A DNA stretch of 57,156 nucleotides from Candidatus Moranbacteria bacterium CG10_big_fil_rev_8_21_14_0_10_35_21 (GCA_002773095.1 PFCG01000022.1:1-57156), one strand, 5' to 3'; positions 25,942-36,769 are shown, numbered from the stretch's first letter. Translations and numbers: made by a program. Notes: generated by a model not told the origin, from the letters alone.

Positions 25942-28413
25942 TTAAATTACAATACTTATTAACTTTCCTTTGACAAAAATAATTTTCTTAATTTTCTTTC
26001 CGGAAATTTGAGATTTTATTTTCTCACTTTCCACTGCCAATTTTTTGGCATCTTCTTCAGTGATATCTGCGCTTACTCTTAATTTATCTCGCACCTTGCC
26101 ATTTATTTGAATAACTAACTCGATTTCTTCATCCTGAATCAGTTTTTCATCATATTTAGGCCAGGCTTCTAAAAATATAGATTTAGTGTGTCCTAGCTTT
26201 TTCCAAATTTCTTCAGCGATGTGCGGAGCAAAAGGAGATAATAGTATTAAATATTTTTCATATTGTATTTTGGATATTGATTCTTGTTTATCTAATTCGT
26301 TAGCGAAAATCATCATTTGGCTAATGGCCGTATTAAAGCGTAAGCTCTCAATATCATTTGTAATTTTTTTAATCGTTTTGTGAAATAAGCTTTCTAACTT
26401 TTTATTGGTGATATTTTTGTCCGTTATTTTTCCGGCGTTTTTATAAACTTTTTCCAAAAACCTCACGATACCCACAATCCCTTTTGTATTCCACGGTTTC
26501 ATATCCTCCAATGGCCCCATAAACATTTCAAACATTCTTAAGGAATCTGCACCAAATTTTTCCACCACTTCATCTGGATTCACCACATTGCCCTTGGATT
26601 TGGCCATCTTGTTTCCGTCTTCAGCTAAAATTATTCCCTGGTGACGTAGTTTCAAAAAAGGTTCATCAAATTTAATATGACCAAGCTTGTGTAAAACTTT
26701 GGTAAAAAATCGCGCATAGAGCAGATGCAAAACCGTATGTTCCGCTCCTCCAACATACAAATCTACCGGCAGCCATTTCTTAATTTGCTCTTTGCCGGCA
26801 AAAGCCTTTTTATTTCTTGAATCGGAATAGCGGAAATAATACCAAGAGGAGCAAACAAATGTGTCCATCGTGTCAGATTCTCTTTTTGCCTCACCTCCGC
26901 ACTTCGGACATTTCACATTATGAAAACTTTTGGATTTTTTAAGTGGTGACTCTCCAGTTGGATTGAAATCAACATCCGTCGGCAACATCACCGGCAAATC
27001 TTCTTCCGGAACAGGAATTTCTCCTTGCCTCGCCGGATCAAGGTGGGCGCATTTTTCGCAATAAATAATCGGAATGGGCGCGCCCCAATATCTTTGACGA
27101 CTTACCAACCAGTCACGCAGTTTGTAATTTATTTTTTGGCTACCCAATTTATTTTCAGTCAGCCATTTCGTCATTTCTGCACGTGCTTTTTCAGAAATCA
27201 TCTTTGTAAATTTTCCAGAATCAAATAGCACACCGTCAGCAGTAAATATTTTATCTACCTTTTTTTCTCCTTCTATTACTTCCTTTATTGGCAACTTATA
27301 TTTCTGCGCAAATTCCCAGTCGCGTTCATCATGCGCTGGAACAGCCATTACTGCGCCAGTGCCGTATTGCGCCAAGACATAATCCGCGACAAACAAAGAC
27401 ACTTCTTCATTGGTAAAGGGATTAATAACTTTTATGCCTTTAATTTCTACGCCAGTCTTCTCTTTAGCTTCCATCCGCATCAAGTCAGATTTTTTCTTGG
27501 ATTTCTCAAGATATTTTTCCACTTCTTTCAGATTTAAAATTTGCTCCGCTAACTGTTGGACTATTTTGTGTTCGGGAGCAACAACGCAATACGTACACCC
27601 AAAGATAGTATCTACACGCGTAGTGAATACCTCTATAAAGTTTTTATCATTATTTAATTGGGATTTGTTTAGAAATTTGGAATTAGAAATTAGAAATTTT
27701 ATCGTTGTCCCTTCGCTACGCCCAATCCAATTTCTTTGCGTTTGTTTGGTAGATTCCGGCCAATCCAATTTTTCCAATCCAGAAAGTAATCCTTGAGTTT
27801 TTCCCTTGTCCTCAATAAAATCCGTGATTTTAAAAAACCATTGCTCTAAATCTTTTTGAATCACTTTATTGCCACATCTTTCACACACTCCATTTTCGGA
27901 TTGTTCGTTCGCCAAAACCGTTTGGCACGATTCGCACCAATTCACTTTAGCTTTGGCCTTATAAGCTAATTTATTTTTATATAACTGCAGAAAAAACCAT
28001 TGCGTCCATTTGTAGTATTCTGGATCTGAAGAATTCACTTCTCGCGACCAATCATAGGAAAATCCCAATTTGCCCATTTGAGCTTTGAAAGTAGCAATGG
28101 CTTTTTTGGTTGTTTCAGTCGGATGAATTTTGGTTTTAATAGCATAATTTTCCGCCGGCAAACCGAAAGCGTCCCAACCTTGCGGATGCAAAACATTTTT
28201 TCCTTGCAAGCGATAATAACGCGACATAATATCCGTGGCCGTGTATGATTCCACATGCCCGACATGGAGACCCTCTCCTGAAGGATAAGGAAACATATCC
28301 AAAATATATTTCTTTTCTTTTTTTGAATCATCGTTCACCGCAAAAAGTTCCGGATGTTCGATCCAATACTTTTGCCATTTGGCTTCAATTTCTTTCGGAT
28401 TATATTTTTCCAT
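25942..28413 (-). CDS. leuS: leucyl-tRNA synthetase
   Basis: HVGH (PYPSGEGLHVGHV) and KMAKS motifs and the CP1 editing domain. The ORF opens with GTG at 28419 and the ATG is at 28413. Confidence 0.95.
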   Translation of the reverse strand: MEKYNPKEIEAKWQKYWIEHPELFAVNDDSKKEKKYILDMFPYPSGEGLHVGHVESYTATDIMSRYYRLQGKNVLHPQGWDAFGLPAENYAIKTKIHPTETTKKAIATFKAQMGKLGFSYDWSREVNSSDPEYYKWTQWFFLQLYKNKLAYKAKAKVNWCESCQTVLANEQSENGVCERCGNKVIQKDLEQWFFKITDFIEDKGKTQGLLSGLEKLDWPESTKQTQRNWIGRSEGTTIKFLISNSKFLNKSQLNNDKNFIEVFTTRVDTIFGCTYCVVAPEHKIVQQLAEQILNLKEVEKYLEKSKKKSDLMRMEAKEKTGVEIKGIKVINPFTNEEVSLFVADYVLAQYGTGAVMAVPAHDERDWEFAQKYKLPIKEVIEGEKKVDKIFTADGVLFDSGKFTKMISEKARAEMTKWLTENKLGSQKINYKLRDWLVSRQRYWGAPIPIIYCEKCAHLDPARQGEIPVPEEDLPVMLPTDVDFNPTGESPLKKSKSFHNVKCPKCGGEAKRESDTMDTFVCSSWYYFRYSDSRNKKAFAGKEQIKKWLPVDLYVGGAEHTVLHLLYARFFTKVLHKLGHIKFDEPFLKLRHQGIILAEDGNKMAKSKGNVVNPDEVVEKFGADSLRMFEMFMGPLEDMKPWNTKGIVGIVRFLEKVYKNAGKITDKNITNKKLESLFHKTIKKITNDIESLRFNTAISQMMIFANELDKQESISKIQYEKYLILLSPFAPHIAEEIWKKLGHTKSIFLEAWPKYDEKLIQDEEIELVIQINGKVRDKLRVSADITEEDAKKLAVESEKIKSQISGKKIKKIIFVKGKLISIVI
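27656..27700. repeat. AT-rich (T)CTAAAT-type repeat segment in frame in leuS
   Basis: AATTGGGATTTGTTTAGAAATTTGGAATTAGAAATTAGAAATTTT encodes ISNSKFLNKSQLNN just before the conserved FTTRVDT block. It shares words with the 28964..29090 spacer. Confidence 0.45.
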
Positions 28414-28507
28414 ATACACCCAATTTTACCTTATTCCAGGTTTTTTTTCAAAAAATTAAAAATCTCAAGAATTGAAACCCTTACCCACATAATGGAAAAA
28501 TGTGCTT

Positions 28508-28951
28508 TTAATGGTTATTCAAATTCATACTCCGCCTACTATGATGTTTTCTAGCTACTCTGATTCTCGCCCATTCTTTTTCAATCGCTGCTGCCATTCG
28601 AGCATAATCTTCGGAATCTGCAGATATTTTTTGATTTTTTAAATCTTCCGCTTTTTTTCTGGCTTCTTCCGCTCGCTTTTCATCGATTTCTTCCGCTCGT
28701 TCAGCTGTGTCCGCCAAAACCACCAAATTATTTTTATCAAATTCAATAAACCCACCAGACACTGCCATGCTGATTTCTTCTTTTCCAGTTTTTAGCATTA
28801 TTTCTCCAGCTTTCAGTGATGCGATATATGACCGGTGGTTCGGCAAAATCGTCACTTCCCCATCCGACACGGGCAAAGTGGCTTGATCAATTTCCTGATC
28901 GCAAACCGTTTTTTCGGGTGTTACTATCTTAAATTTTATTCGTAAACTCAT
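28508..28951 (-). CDS. atpC: ATP synthase F1 epsilon subunit
   Basis: LRIKFKIVTPEKTV...LPNHRSYIASLKAGEI... and last position in the atp operon. The ATG is at 28951 (the tracked ORF starts at a TTG at 28963). Confidence 0.85.
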   Translation of the reverse strand: MSLRIKFKIVTPEKTVCDQEIDQATLPVSDGEVTILPNHRSYIASLKAGEIMLKTGKEEISMAVSGGFIEFDKNNLVVLADTAERAEEIDEKRAEEARKKAEDLKNQKISADSEDYARMAAAIEKEWARIRVARKHHSRRSMNLNNH

Positions 28952-28963
28952 AAAATTAAACAA

Positions 28964-29090
28964 ATTCTAAATACTAATATCTAAATTCTAAATAATCTCA
29001 AAATCTAAATTTTTTAAATTCAAAACACTTTAATATTTTAATTTTAGTGATTTGGATTTATTTAGGATTTAGGATTTTGAAATTGGGATT
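28964..29090. repeat. inverted array of CTAAAT / ATTTAG words occupying the atpD-atpC spacer
   Basis: The left half is rich in TCTAAAT and the right half in ATTTAGGATTT. The halves are roughly complementary. Confidence 0.5.
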
Positions 29091-30621
<1,531 letters not shown>

Positions 30622-30698
30622 TTCATAGTATTTATTATATTTTCATTAAAGAGTTAACGGGTTATTTTTTAACTCGTGAACTCGTTAATAATTAATAA

Positions 30699-31748
30699 CT
30701 AGTTTTCCAACGCTGCTCTACCCGCACTTATCTCTGCAATCTCTTGCGTAATCTTTCCTTGTCTAATCTGATTGAAAATAAAGGTCAGATCTTCGGACAT
30801 TTCTCCGGCTGCATCAGTTGCATTTCTCATGGCCATCATGCGAGCCGATTCTTTGGAAGCATTGGATTCCAGAATAGCATGATAAACCTGCATTTCAATC
30901 AAACGTGGAATAATATATTTCAAAACCTCTTCCGGACTCGGTTCCACTTTATATTCTGCTATTGGTTCTTCCAATCCATATTCCTTGGCGAGCACATCCA
31001 TTTCGGCAATTTGTTTTTCCAAATCAATTTTGGAAATCGGCAACATTTGCCTCACTCTGGTTTCCTGCTTGATGGCGGAAACATAATCAGTATAAAAAAC
31101 TACCACCTTGTCATACTTTTTATTTAAATATTTTTCAATCACAATTTTAGAAAGCGGTCTCACATCTTCACTCCCAGGCAAATAATTCAATTGCGGAAAA
31201 GAGGCAATAATTTCCCCGACTGCAACGCTACGCCCGTCGCTATGACTGCCGTCAGTCTGTTGAGCTGGCGAAGCATCTCGGGCAAGCGTAGCATTGCGGG
31301 CAGGTTTTTGCATCCGGCGCAAAGCATTCTCCCCTTTTTTTCCAATAGTAATAAAATCTATACGCAATTCAGCATTGGAAATTTTGGACTCAATCTTTTT
31401 TATTCCCGCTCTATTAATTTTTAAATTCACTGGATTTTCAATTTCGTCTTTCATTCTTTTGATCAACTGCGAATTGAAAGAACTGCATAGTCCTCGATTA
31501 GCAGTAATAGCCACCGCTAGCACTGATTTTACTTCTCGCACTTCCAACAGTCCACTATGAGTAGATTCAAAAGCCCGAGACAGATTAGTCAGCACCGACC
31601 AAGCATTGTGAGCATAAGGACGAATAGCCAAAACCGAAGACACCGCTCGGCGCATTTTGGCAGCCGAAACCATCTCCATCGCTCGAGTTATTTTTTTGGT
31701 GTTATTGATTGATTTGATTCGGCGACGAATGTCGCGAGTTGAAGCCAT
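30699..31748 (-). CDS. atpG: ATP synthase F1 gamma subunit (with a large in-frame insert)
   Basis: MASTRDIRRRIKSINNTKKITRAMEMVSAAKMRRA start and C-terminal ITQEIAEISAGRAAL. About 60 aa longer than is usual for the family. Confidence 0.9.
   Translation of the reverse strand: MASTRDIRRRIKSINNTKKITRAMEMVSAAKMRRAVSSVLAIRPYAHNAWSVLTNLSRAFESTHSGLLEVREVKSVLAVAITANRGLCSSFNSQLIKRMKDEIENPVNLKINRAGIKKIESKISNAELRIDFITIGKKGENALRRMQKPARNATLARDASPAQQTDGSHSDGRSVAVGEIIASFPQLNYLPGSEDVRPLSKIVIEKYLNKKYDKVVVFYTDYVSAIKQETRVRQMLPISKIDLEKQIAEMDVLAKEYGLEEPIAEYKVEPSPEEVLKYIIPRLIEMQVYHAILESNASKESARMMAMRNATDAAGEMSEDLTFIFNQIRQGKITQEIAEISAGRAALEN
31222..31297. repeat. GC-rich imperfect palindrome in frame in atpG
   Basis: GCAACGCTACGCCCG ... 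CGGGCAAGCGTAGCATTGC with inner hairpin GACTG-CCGT-CAGTC. Encodes NATLARDASPAQQTDGSHSDGRSVAVGE. Its G+C is visibly above the surroundings. Confidence 0.55.
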
Positions 31749-31799
31749 AATATTAAAATAATCAAGATACAAGATACAATAACCAAACAAATTTCAAAT

Positions 31800-32180
31800 T
31801 CAAATATTCAATTGCTTATTTTCTGTTTTTTTGATAATTGCCAACAAAATATTCTTTAACTCCATTCCTTCTTGTTTTAATTCTTGTATTCTGGATTTAA
31901 ATTCCGGATTATCTTCTTCAATCAACTCCAGCCAATGCAGTGTTTCTTTTGCTTCTTTTCTGGAAATTTTCATCCGATGTATAAAATCTTTTTTTCCTAA
32001 CGCATCATTAGCTTCTCTATAATTTGCTCCTACTGAACCGGCAGAACCTGCCGTTTGCCCCGTTAATCTATTGTTTATCGAATCTTTCGGCAATGATTTG
32101 CATAATCTTATTACTCTTTTTGCAAATTCAGCAGTTCTTTCTTCTAAATCAAATTTATTTTTGTTTTGAGTATTGGTCAT
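31800..32180 (-). CDS. four-helix-bundle protein (23S rRNA intervening-sequence protein family)
   Basis: FDLEERTAEFAKRVIRLCKSLPK...GQTAGSAGSVGANYREA...KDFIHRMKISRKEAKETLHWLELI matches that family. Confidence 0.8.
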   Translation of the reverse strand: MTNTQNKNKFDLEERTAEFAKRVIRLCKSLPKDSINNRLTGQTAGSAGSVGANYREANDALGKKDFIHRMKISRKEAKETLHWLELIEEDNPEFKSRIQELKQEGMELKNILLAIIKKTENKQLNI

Positions 32181-32208
32181 TTTAATTTGCTTGTATCTTG
32201 CTTCTTGG

Positions 32209-33798
32209 TTATTGGTGATTGGTATAAACTTCTTTGAATTCTTTAATACTCTTTTCCAATGCCTTCACTACTTCTTCCGTCAATTCTTTCTTTTCTATGA
32301 TTAATTTCAAAGTTTCTTTGCCACTTCCTTTCAGATATTTGTGAAAATCATTCTCCCATTTTTGGATTTCTTCCACGGCCACATCATCCACAAATCCGTT
32401 GGTCAGGGCATAGAGAATCACTACTTGATTTTCCACTGCCATCGGTTCGTATTGCCCTTGCTTCAAAATTTCCACCGTTCTTTTTCCTCTTTCAATTTGA
32501 CGCCTAGTATTTTCATCCAAGTCAGAACCAAATTGTGCAAAGGCTTCCAATTCTCGAAACTGTGCCAAATCCAAACGGAGTTTTCCAGCCACTTTTTTCA
32601 TAGCTTTGATTTGCGCGGCGGAACCCACTCGAGAAACGGAAAGTCCTGCATTAATAGCCGGGCGAATGCCTTTATAGAATAAATCAGATTCCAAATAAAT
32701 TTGTCCGTCAGTAATAGAAATAACATTGGTTGGAATATAGGCTGAAACATCTCCAGCTTGGGTTTCAATGATTGGCAAAGCAGTGAGCGATCCTCCACCA
32801 AAATCTTTATTAAGCTTTGCTGAACGTTCCAAAAGTCGGGAATGCAAATAGAAAATATCTCCAGGATAAGCTTCGCGTCCCGGTGGTCGACGCAAAATTA
32901 ATGACACTTGCCGATACGCCCAAGCATGTTTAGATAAATCATCATAAATTACCAGCACGTCTTTGCCTTGGTCCATAAAGTATTCTCCCAGTGAACAGCC
33001 TGAATAGGGCGCAATATAGGAAAAAGCAGCTGGATCAGACGCTCCTGCAATCACAACAGTCGTATATTCCATAGCTCCCTTTTTTTCCAATTCAGCCACA
33101 ATACGTGCAATTTTAGATTCTTTCTGACCAATAGCCACATAAATACAAATCATGCCTGCCCCGTGATCGCCGTTAGGCGATTTTACGGGGTTCTGCCCAT
33201 TCTTCTTCAATTTATCCCATTCATATTTCTGATTTATTATGGCATCCACTGCAATGGCAGTTTTTCCAGTTTGTCGGTCACCAATAATCAATTCTCTTTG
33301 ACCGCGACCAATTGGAATCATCGCATCAATCGCCTTAATACCAGTTTGCACTGGCTGATTCACTGATTGACGAGTAATAACCCCTGGAGCAATTTTTTCA
33401 ATCGGATAAAATTTTTCTGAGCTTATTTCTCCCTTTCCGTCCACCGCTTGCCCCAATGGATTGACCACTCTTCCAATCATATTTTCTCCAACTGGAATAG
33501 ACAGAATTTTGCCGGTAGATTTCACGGTGTCGCCTTCCTTGATTCCTTCAAAACTGCCCAAAATCATCGCGCCTACTTGACCTTCTTCTAGGTTCAAAAT
33601 TACACCAAAAATTCCGCCCGGGAATTCAATCATTTCTGAAGCCATCACGTCGGATAGTCCAGAAATTTTGGCCACGCCGTCTCCGACTTCAATAACCGTT
33701 CCGACTTTTTCCGTCGTCGCAGTGGTTTCAAAACCCTCAATTTGTTTTTTTAGTTGTTCGATGATGTAGTCTTTGCTTGCCCCGTTAATTTTTTCCAT
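32209..33798 (-). CDS. atpA: ATP synthase F1 alpha subunit
   Basis: Walker [18 protein letters not shown] and the C-terminal helical domain. Confidence 0.95.
   Translation of the reverse strand: MEKINGASKDYIIEQLKKQIEGFETTATTEKVGTVIEVGDGVAKISGLSDVMASEMIEFPGGIFGVILNLEEGQVGAMILGSFEGIKEGDTVKSTGKILSIPVGENMIGRVVNPLGQAVDGKGEISSEKFYPIEKIAPGVITRQSVNQPVQTGIKAIDAMIPIGRGQRELIIGDRQTGKTAIAVDAIINQKYEWDKLKKNGQNPVKSPNGDHGAGMICIYVAIGQKESKIARIVAELEKKGAMEYTTVVIAGASDPAAFSYIAPYSGCSLGEYFMDQGKDVLVIYDDLSKHAWAYRQVSLILRRPPGREAYPGDIFYLHSRLLERSAKLNKDFGGGSLTALPIIETQAGDVSAYIPTNVISITDGQIYLESDLFYKGIRPAINAGLSVSRVGSAAQIKAMKKVAGKLRLDLAQFRELEAFAQFGSDLDENTRRQIERGKRTVEILKQGQYEPMAVENQVVILYALTNGFVDDVAVEEIQKWENDFHKYLKGSGKETLKLIIEKKELTEEVVKALEKSIKEFKEVYTNHQ
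33159..33190. repeat. 32-nt hairpin in frame in atpA
   Basis: CCCCGTGATCGCC-GTTA-GGCGATTTTACGGGG encodes [11 protein letters not shown] between the INQK and CIYVAIGQK blocks. Confidence 0.6.
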
Positions 33799-33891
33799 AA
33801 TATTTATAATATAATTTTACACTTTATTAATTTATTTCAAACCCGCTAATCATTATGCATAATAATTATACGGGGTTCATGGTTTTCGATA

Positions 33892-34329
33892 TTATTTAGC
33901 TAATTGAATTTTTAAATTTTTTAGTTGTGCCGATACACTTCCATCCATCACTTCGTCCCCCACTCGGATAATTATTCCACCTTGGATTTTTTCATTGATC
34001 ACATTATTTATTTCTACTTTTTCGATTTTACCTGCCCGCAATGCTTCGTATAGCGATGCAGGCGGGTATTTTTCTTTGATAAATTCCTCTAACTTTATAA
34101 CTTGAGAACCTGATAACTTTCGACTTGTAGTGGCCTCAACTTCGACAATTCCATTTCCTTTATTGTATATCTCTGAAAATTTTTCCACAATTTTTGGAAT
34201 CATTTTTGCTTTCCGAGCATTGACCAAAAATTTCGCGAAATTCAAAACAATGCCGTCAATCTCTTCGTGAGACTTCTCGTTTGTAAGCTCATATAATGTT
34301 TTCGCATATTGCGTAGCGGTTATTTTCAT
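33892..34329 (-). CDS. atpH: ATP synthase F1 delta subunit (OSCP)
   Basis: YAKTLYELT start, C-terminal GGIIIRVGDEVMDGSV and operon position. Confidence 0.85.
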   Translation of the reverse strand: MKITATQYAKTLYELTNEKSHEEIDGIVLNFAKFLVNARKAKMIPKIVEKFSEIYNKGNGIVEVEATTSRKLSGSQVIKLEEFIKEKYPPASLYEALRAGKIEKVEINNVINEKIQGGIIIRVGDEVMDGSVSAQLKNLKIQLAK

Positions 34330-34333
34330 ACGT

Positions 34334-34685
34334 GTCGTCCCGAGCTTGTCGAGGGATCTAATTTATAATGTTTTGTATAAATCCTTCCACTCTGGGTTAA
34401 TTTTATTAATTAAATTTACTTTTTTCTCTCTTCTCCACTTTTTCAATTGCTTTTCTCTTTCTAACGCACTTCTTACGTTTTCAGTTTGTTCAAAATACAC
34501 TAACTTATCAACATTGTATTTTTTTGTAAAACCATCGACTACTTTATGCTTATGCTGATAAATTCTTCTTTTCAGATCATTTGTAACTCCGATATATAAA
34601 ACCTTTGAGATACTTGATAAAATGTAAACGCAATATTGTCTCATTTTTATTTAATATTAGATCCTTCGACTTCGCTCAGGATGAC
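34334..34685 (-). mobile_element. GIY-YIG cassette bounded by ~30-nt imperfect inverted repeats (family A arms)
   Basis: Left arm GTCGTCCCGAGCTTGTCGAGGGATCTAAT at 34334..34362. The right arm (34656..34685) reads GTCATCCTGAGCGAAGTCGAAGGATCTAAT as its reverse complement. About 24 of 30 positions match. Confidence 0.65.
34363..34644 (-). CDS. GIY-YIG nuclease (COG2827/UPF0213 type), 93 aa
   Basis: YCVYILSSISKVLYIGVTNDLKRRIYQH...LVYFEQTENVRSALEREKQLKKWRREKK. Confidence 0.85.
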   Translation of the reverse strand: MRQYCVYILSSISKVLYIGVTNDLKRRIYQHKHKVVDGFTKKYNVDKLVYFEQTENVRSALEREKQLKKWRREKKVNLINKINPEWKDLYKTL

Positions 34686-34693
34686 ACATGGTG

Positions 34694-35182
34694 TCATTCA
34701 ATAGATTTCTCTATTAACTCCTTATCTTTTCTGGTGTCTAACTTCTCATTAATAATTTTTCCAGTTGCCGCCACAATCAAATCCGCCACTTCGGCCTTCA
34801 CCTCGGTGAACATCTTGGTTTTTTCGCTTTCAATTTTCTTTTCCGCATCAACTAATATTTTCTCGGCTTGTTTATTGGATTCAATAATAATTTCTTCCTT
34901 GTTTTTCGTTCCAACTTTTTCTGCTTCTGTAATTATTTTCTGCGCTTCTTTTTTAGCTTCGCCTAATATTTCTTTTTCTTTAGTCGTCATTTCTTCCATT
35001 TTTCTGGCTGCATTTTCCGCGTCTTTTAAGCCTTTATCAATTTTTTCCGTCCGATCATTTAATATTTTTAGAATTGGTTTGTAGGCGAATTTATAAAGCA
35101 CCAACAGCACAATAGTAAAGTTAACCATCTGTGCCAGAATTAATTTAATGTCTATATGAAATATTTTAACTAGTTCTTCCAT
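34694..35182 (-). CDS. atpF: ATP synthase Fo subunit b
   Basis: N-terminal TM LILAQMVNFTIVLLVLY followed by a long charged helix. Operon position. Ends in TGA. Confidence 0.85.
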   Translation of the reverse strand: MEELVKIFHIDIKLILAQMVNFTIVLLVLYKFAYKPILKILNDRTEKIDKGLKDAENAARKMEEMTTKEKEILGEAKKEAQKIITEAEKVGTKNKEEIIIESNKQAEKILVDAEKKIESEKTKMFTEVKAEVADLIVAATGKIINEKLDTRKDKELIEKSIE

Positions 35183-35240
35183 TGTTTTTGAATTAATGAT
35201 TTTAGCTTAGCTCTGAAAGATTCAGAGCTAGAGAAAAACA

Positions 35241-35465
<225 letters not shown>

Positions 35466-35563
35466 TTAATACTCTCCTAATTAGACAAATTTATTTGTGT
35501 TTAATGTCGTCAGGAAAATACAAAGCTTATTAAAATTAATTATTAGTAAATAAATAAAGAGCA

Positions 35564-36427
35564 TTAATGCTCTTCTGCACTCGTCGCAATTGTCATAAAT
35601 ACCAAAGTCAGCATAGCAAAAATCAGCGCTTGAATCAAGCCCACAATAATTTCTAAAAACATAAACGGCAAAGGAAGAAAATAAGCAAAGAGTGCCATCA
35701 TAGAAGCTAGAAGAACTTCGCCAGCGAAAATATTACCGAAGAGACGAAACGAGAGAGAGGCTATCTTGGCTATTTCTCCTATTATTTCCACTAATCCCAC
35801 AAAAGCCTTGATGGGATTAATCAAAACAATGGCAAAATCTTTTCTGATTTTTTTAGGTATTTCTAAAAAGGCGTTAAAATTAATAAATTTATTTAGATGC
35901 TTCCAGGCTCCCACAATTAAGACACCCATGACATGAGAAGCTACCACAGCAAAAAGAGCTAGGGCTAGAGTTGTATTTAAATCAGCTGTTCCTCCGCGAA
36001 AAATAGGGACAAAAACCTTGTGTAATCCCTCTGTTTCAATAAATCCAATAGTTCCAATTCCAGGAAGAAGTCCTAACCAATTATTAACTAGAATAAAAAG
36101 GAAGAGGGCTAAGGTTATTGGCAAAAATTTTTCTGATTTTTTTCTATCTCCAGTTATACTGTCTGCCAAATGAAGAGCTTCCTCCATTATTATTTCAAAA
36201 ATATTTTGGATGCCTTTAGGAATTTTTTTTATTTTTTTACTTAATACCACAAAAAAAACCACTAAAATAATAACCGTTAACCAACTATTCAAAAGAGAAT
36301 TGGTTATGGTAAAATTTCCCACATGGAAGATTGACTCAGCAAACAAAGTCGCTTCATGACTAACCTCTCCTTGTTCAGCTGATTCGCTTTGAATATTTTC
36401 TTTAATTTCGGAAGCGCCTTGAGACAT
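35564..36427 (-). CDS. atpB: ATP synthase Fo subunit a
   Basis: Conserved LSFRLFGNIFAGE arginine motif and multiple TMs. Confidence 0.9.
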   Translation of the reverse strand: MSQGASEIKENIQSESAEQGEVSHEATLFAESIFHVGNFTITNSLLNSWLTVIILVVFFVVLSKKIKKIPKGIQNIFEIIMEEALHLADSITGDRKKSEKFLPITLALFLFILVNNWLGLLPGIGTIGFIETEGLHKVFVPIFRGGTADLNTTLALALFAVVASHVMGVLIVGAWKHLNKFINFNAFLEIPKKIRKDFAIVLINPIKAFVGLVEIIGEIAKIASLSFRLFGNIFAGEVLLASMMALFAYFLPLPFMFLEIIVGLIQALIFAMLTLVFMTIATSAEEH

Positions 36428-36445
36428 AATTTAAATTTTTTTAAC

Positions 36446-36769
36446 TTATTTTTTATTTATTTTTCCTTTTTCTTCTTTTTCTATTCTTTTAATTTCCTTC
36501 AATGAATCATGAACAATTCCAAAGGTTGAAAAAATGAAGGCAATTCCGACACTTAGCAAAAACAGCCACGGTTCGGTGCTGTATTTTTTATCCAGCCATC
36601 TTCCGATAAATAGAGCCATGATTATCGGCCCAGCTATCCAACCGGAAAGCCTGGTGAATAAAATTAGACTTGGTTGCCACCAAGGATTTTGTGAATTATT
36701 TTTATCTTTTCCCATTGATAGTGAAAATACTACAATATCTATTTTCTCCTGCTTTTCCAAAAAAGTCAA
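36446..36769 (-). CDS. AtpZ/AtpI-like small membrane protein
   Basis: Two TMs (LSGWIAGPIIMALFIGRWLD, LFLLSVGIAFIFSTFGI). First gene of the atp operon. The true start may be the internal MGKDKN (about 36715). Confidence 0.6.
   Translation of the reverse strand: MTFLEKQEKIDIVVFSLSMGKDKNNSQNPWWQPSLILFTRLSGWIAGPIIMALFIGRWLDKKYSTEPWLFLLSVGIAFIFSTFGIVHDSLKEIKRIEKEEKGKINKK

Noticed and set aside
27410-27796. Antisense or shadow ORFs inside long genes (e.g. 27410..27796 in leuS, 30744..31127 and 31294..31560 in atpG, 34605..35084 opposite atpF, 50639..51043, 54006..54311).
   Set aside because: Each lies opposite a confidently identified conserved gene and has low-complexity, Phe/Ile/Ser-rich composition typical of the reverse strand of AT-rich coding DNA.
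28964-29090. Repetitive CTAAAT-rich spacer, considered as a possible mini CRISPR array.
   Set aside because: The repeats are short, irregular words arranged as two inverted halves, not regularly spaced direct repeats with unique spacers. No cas genes are present.
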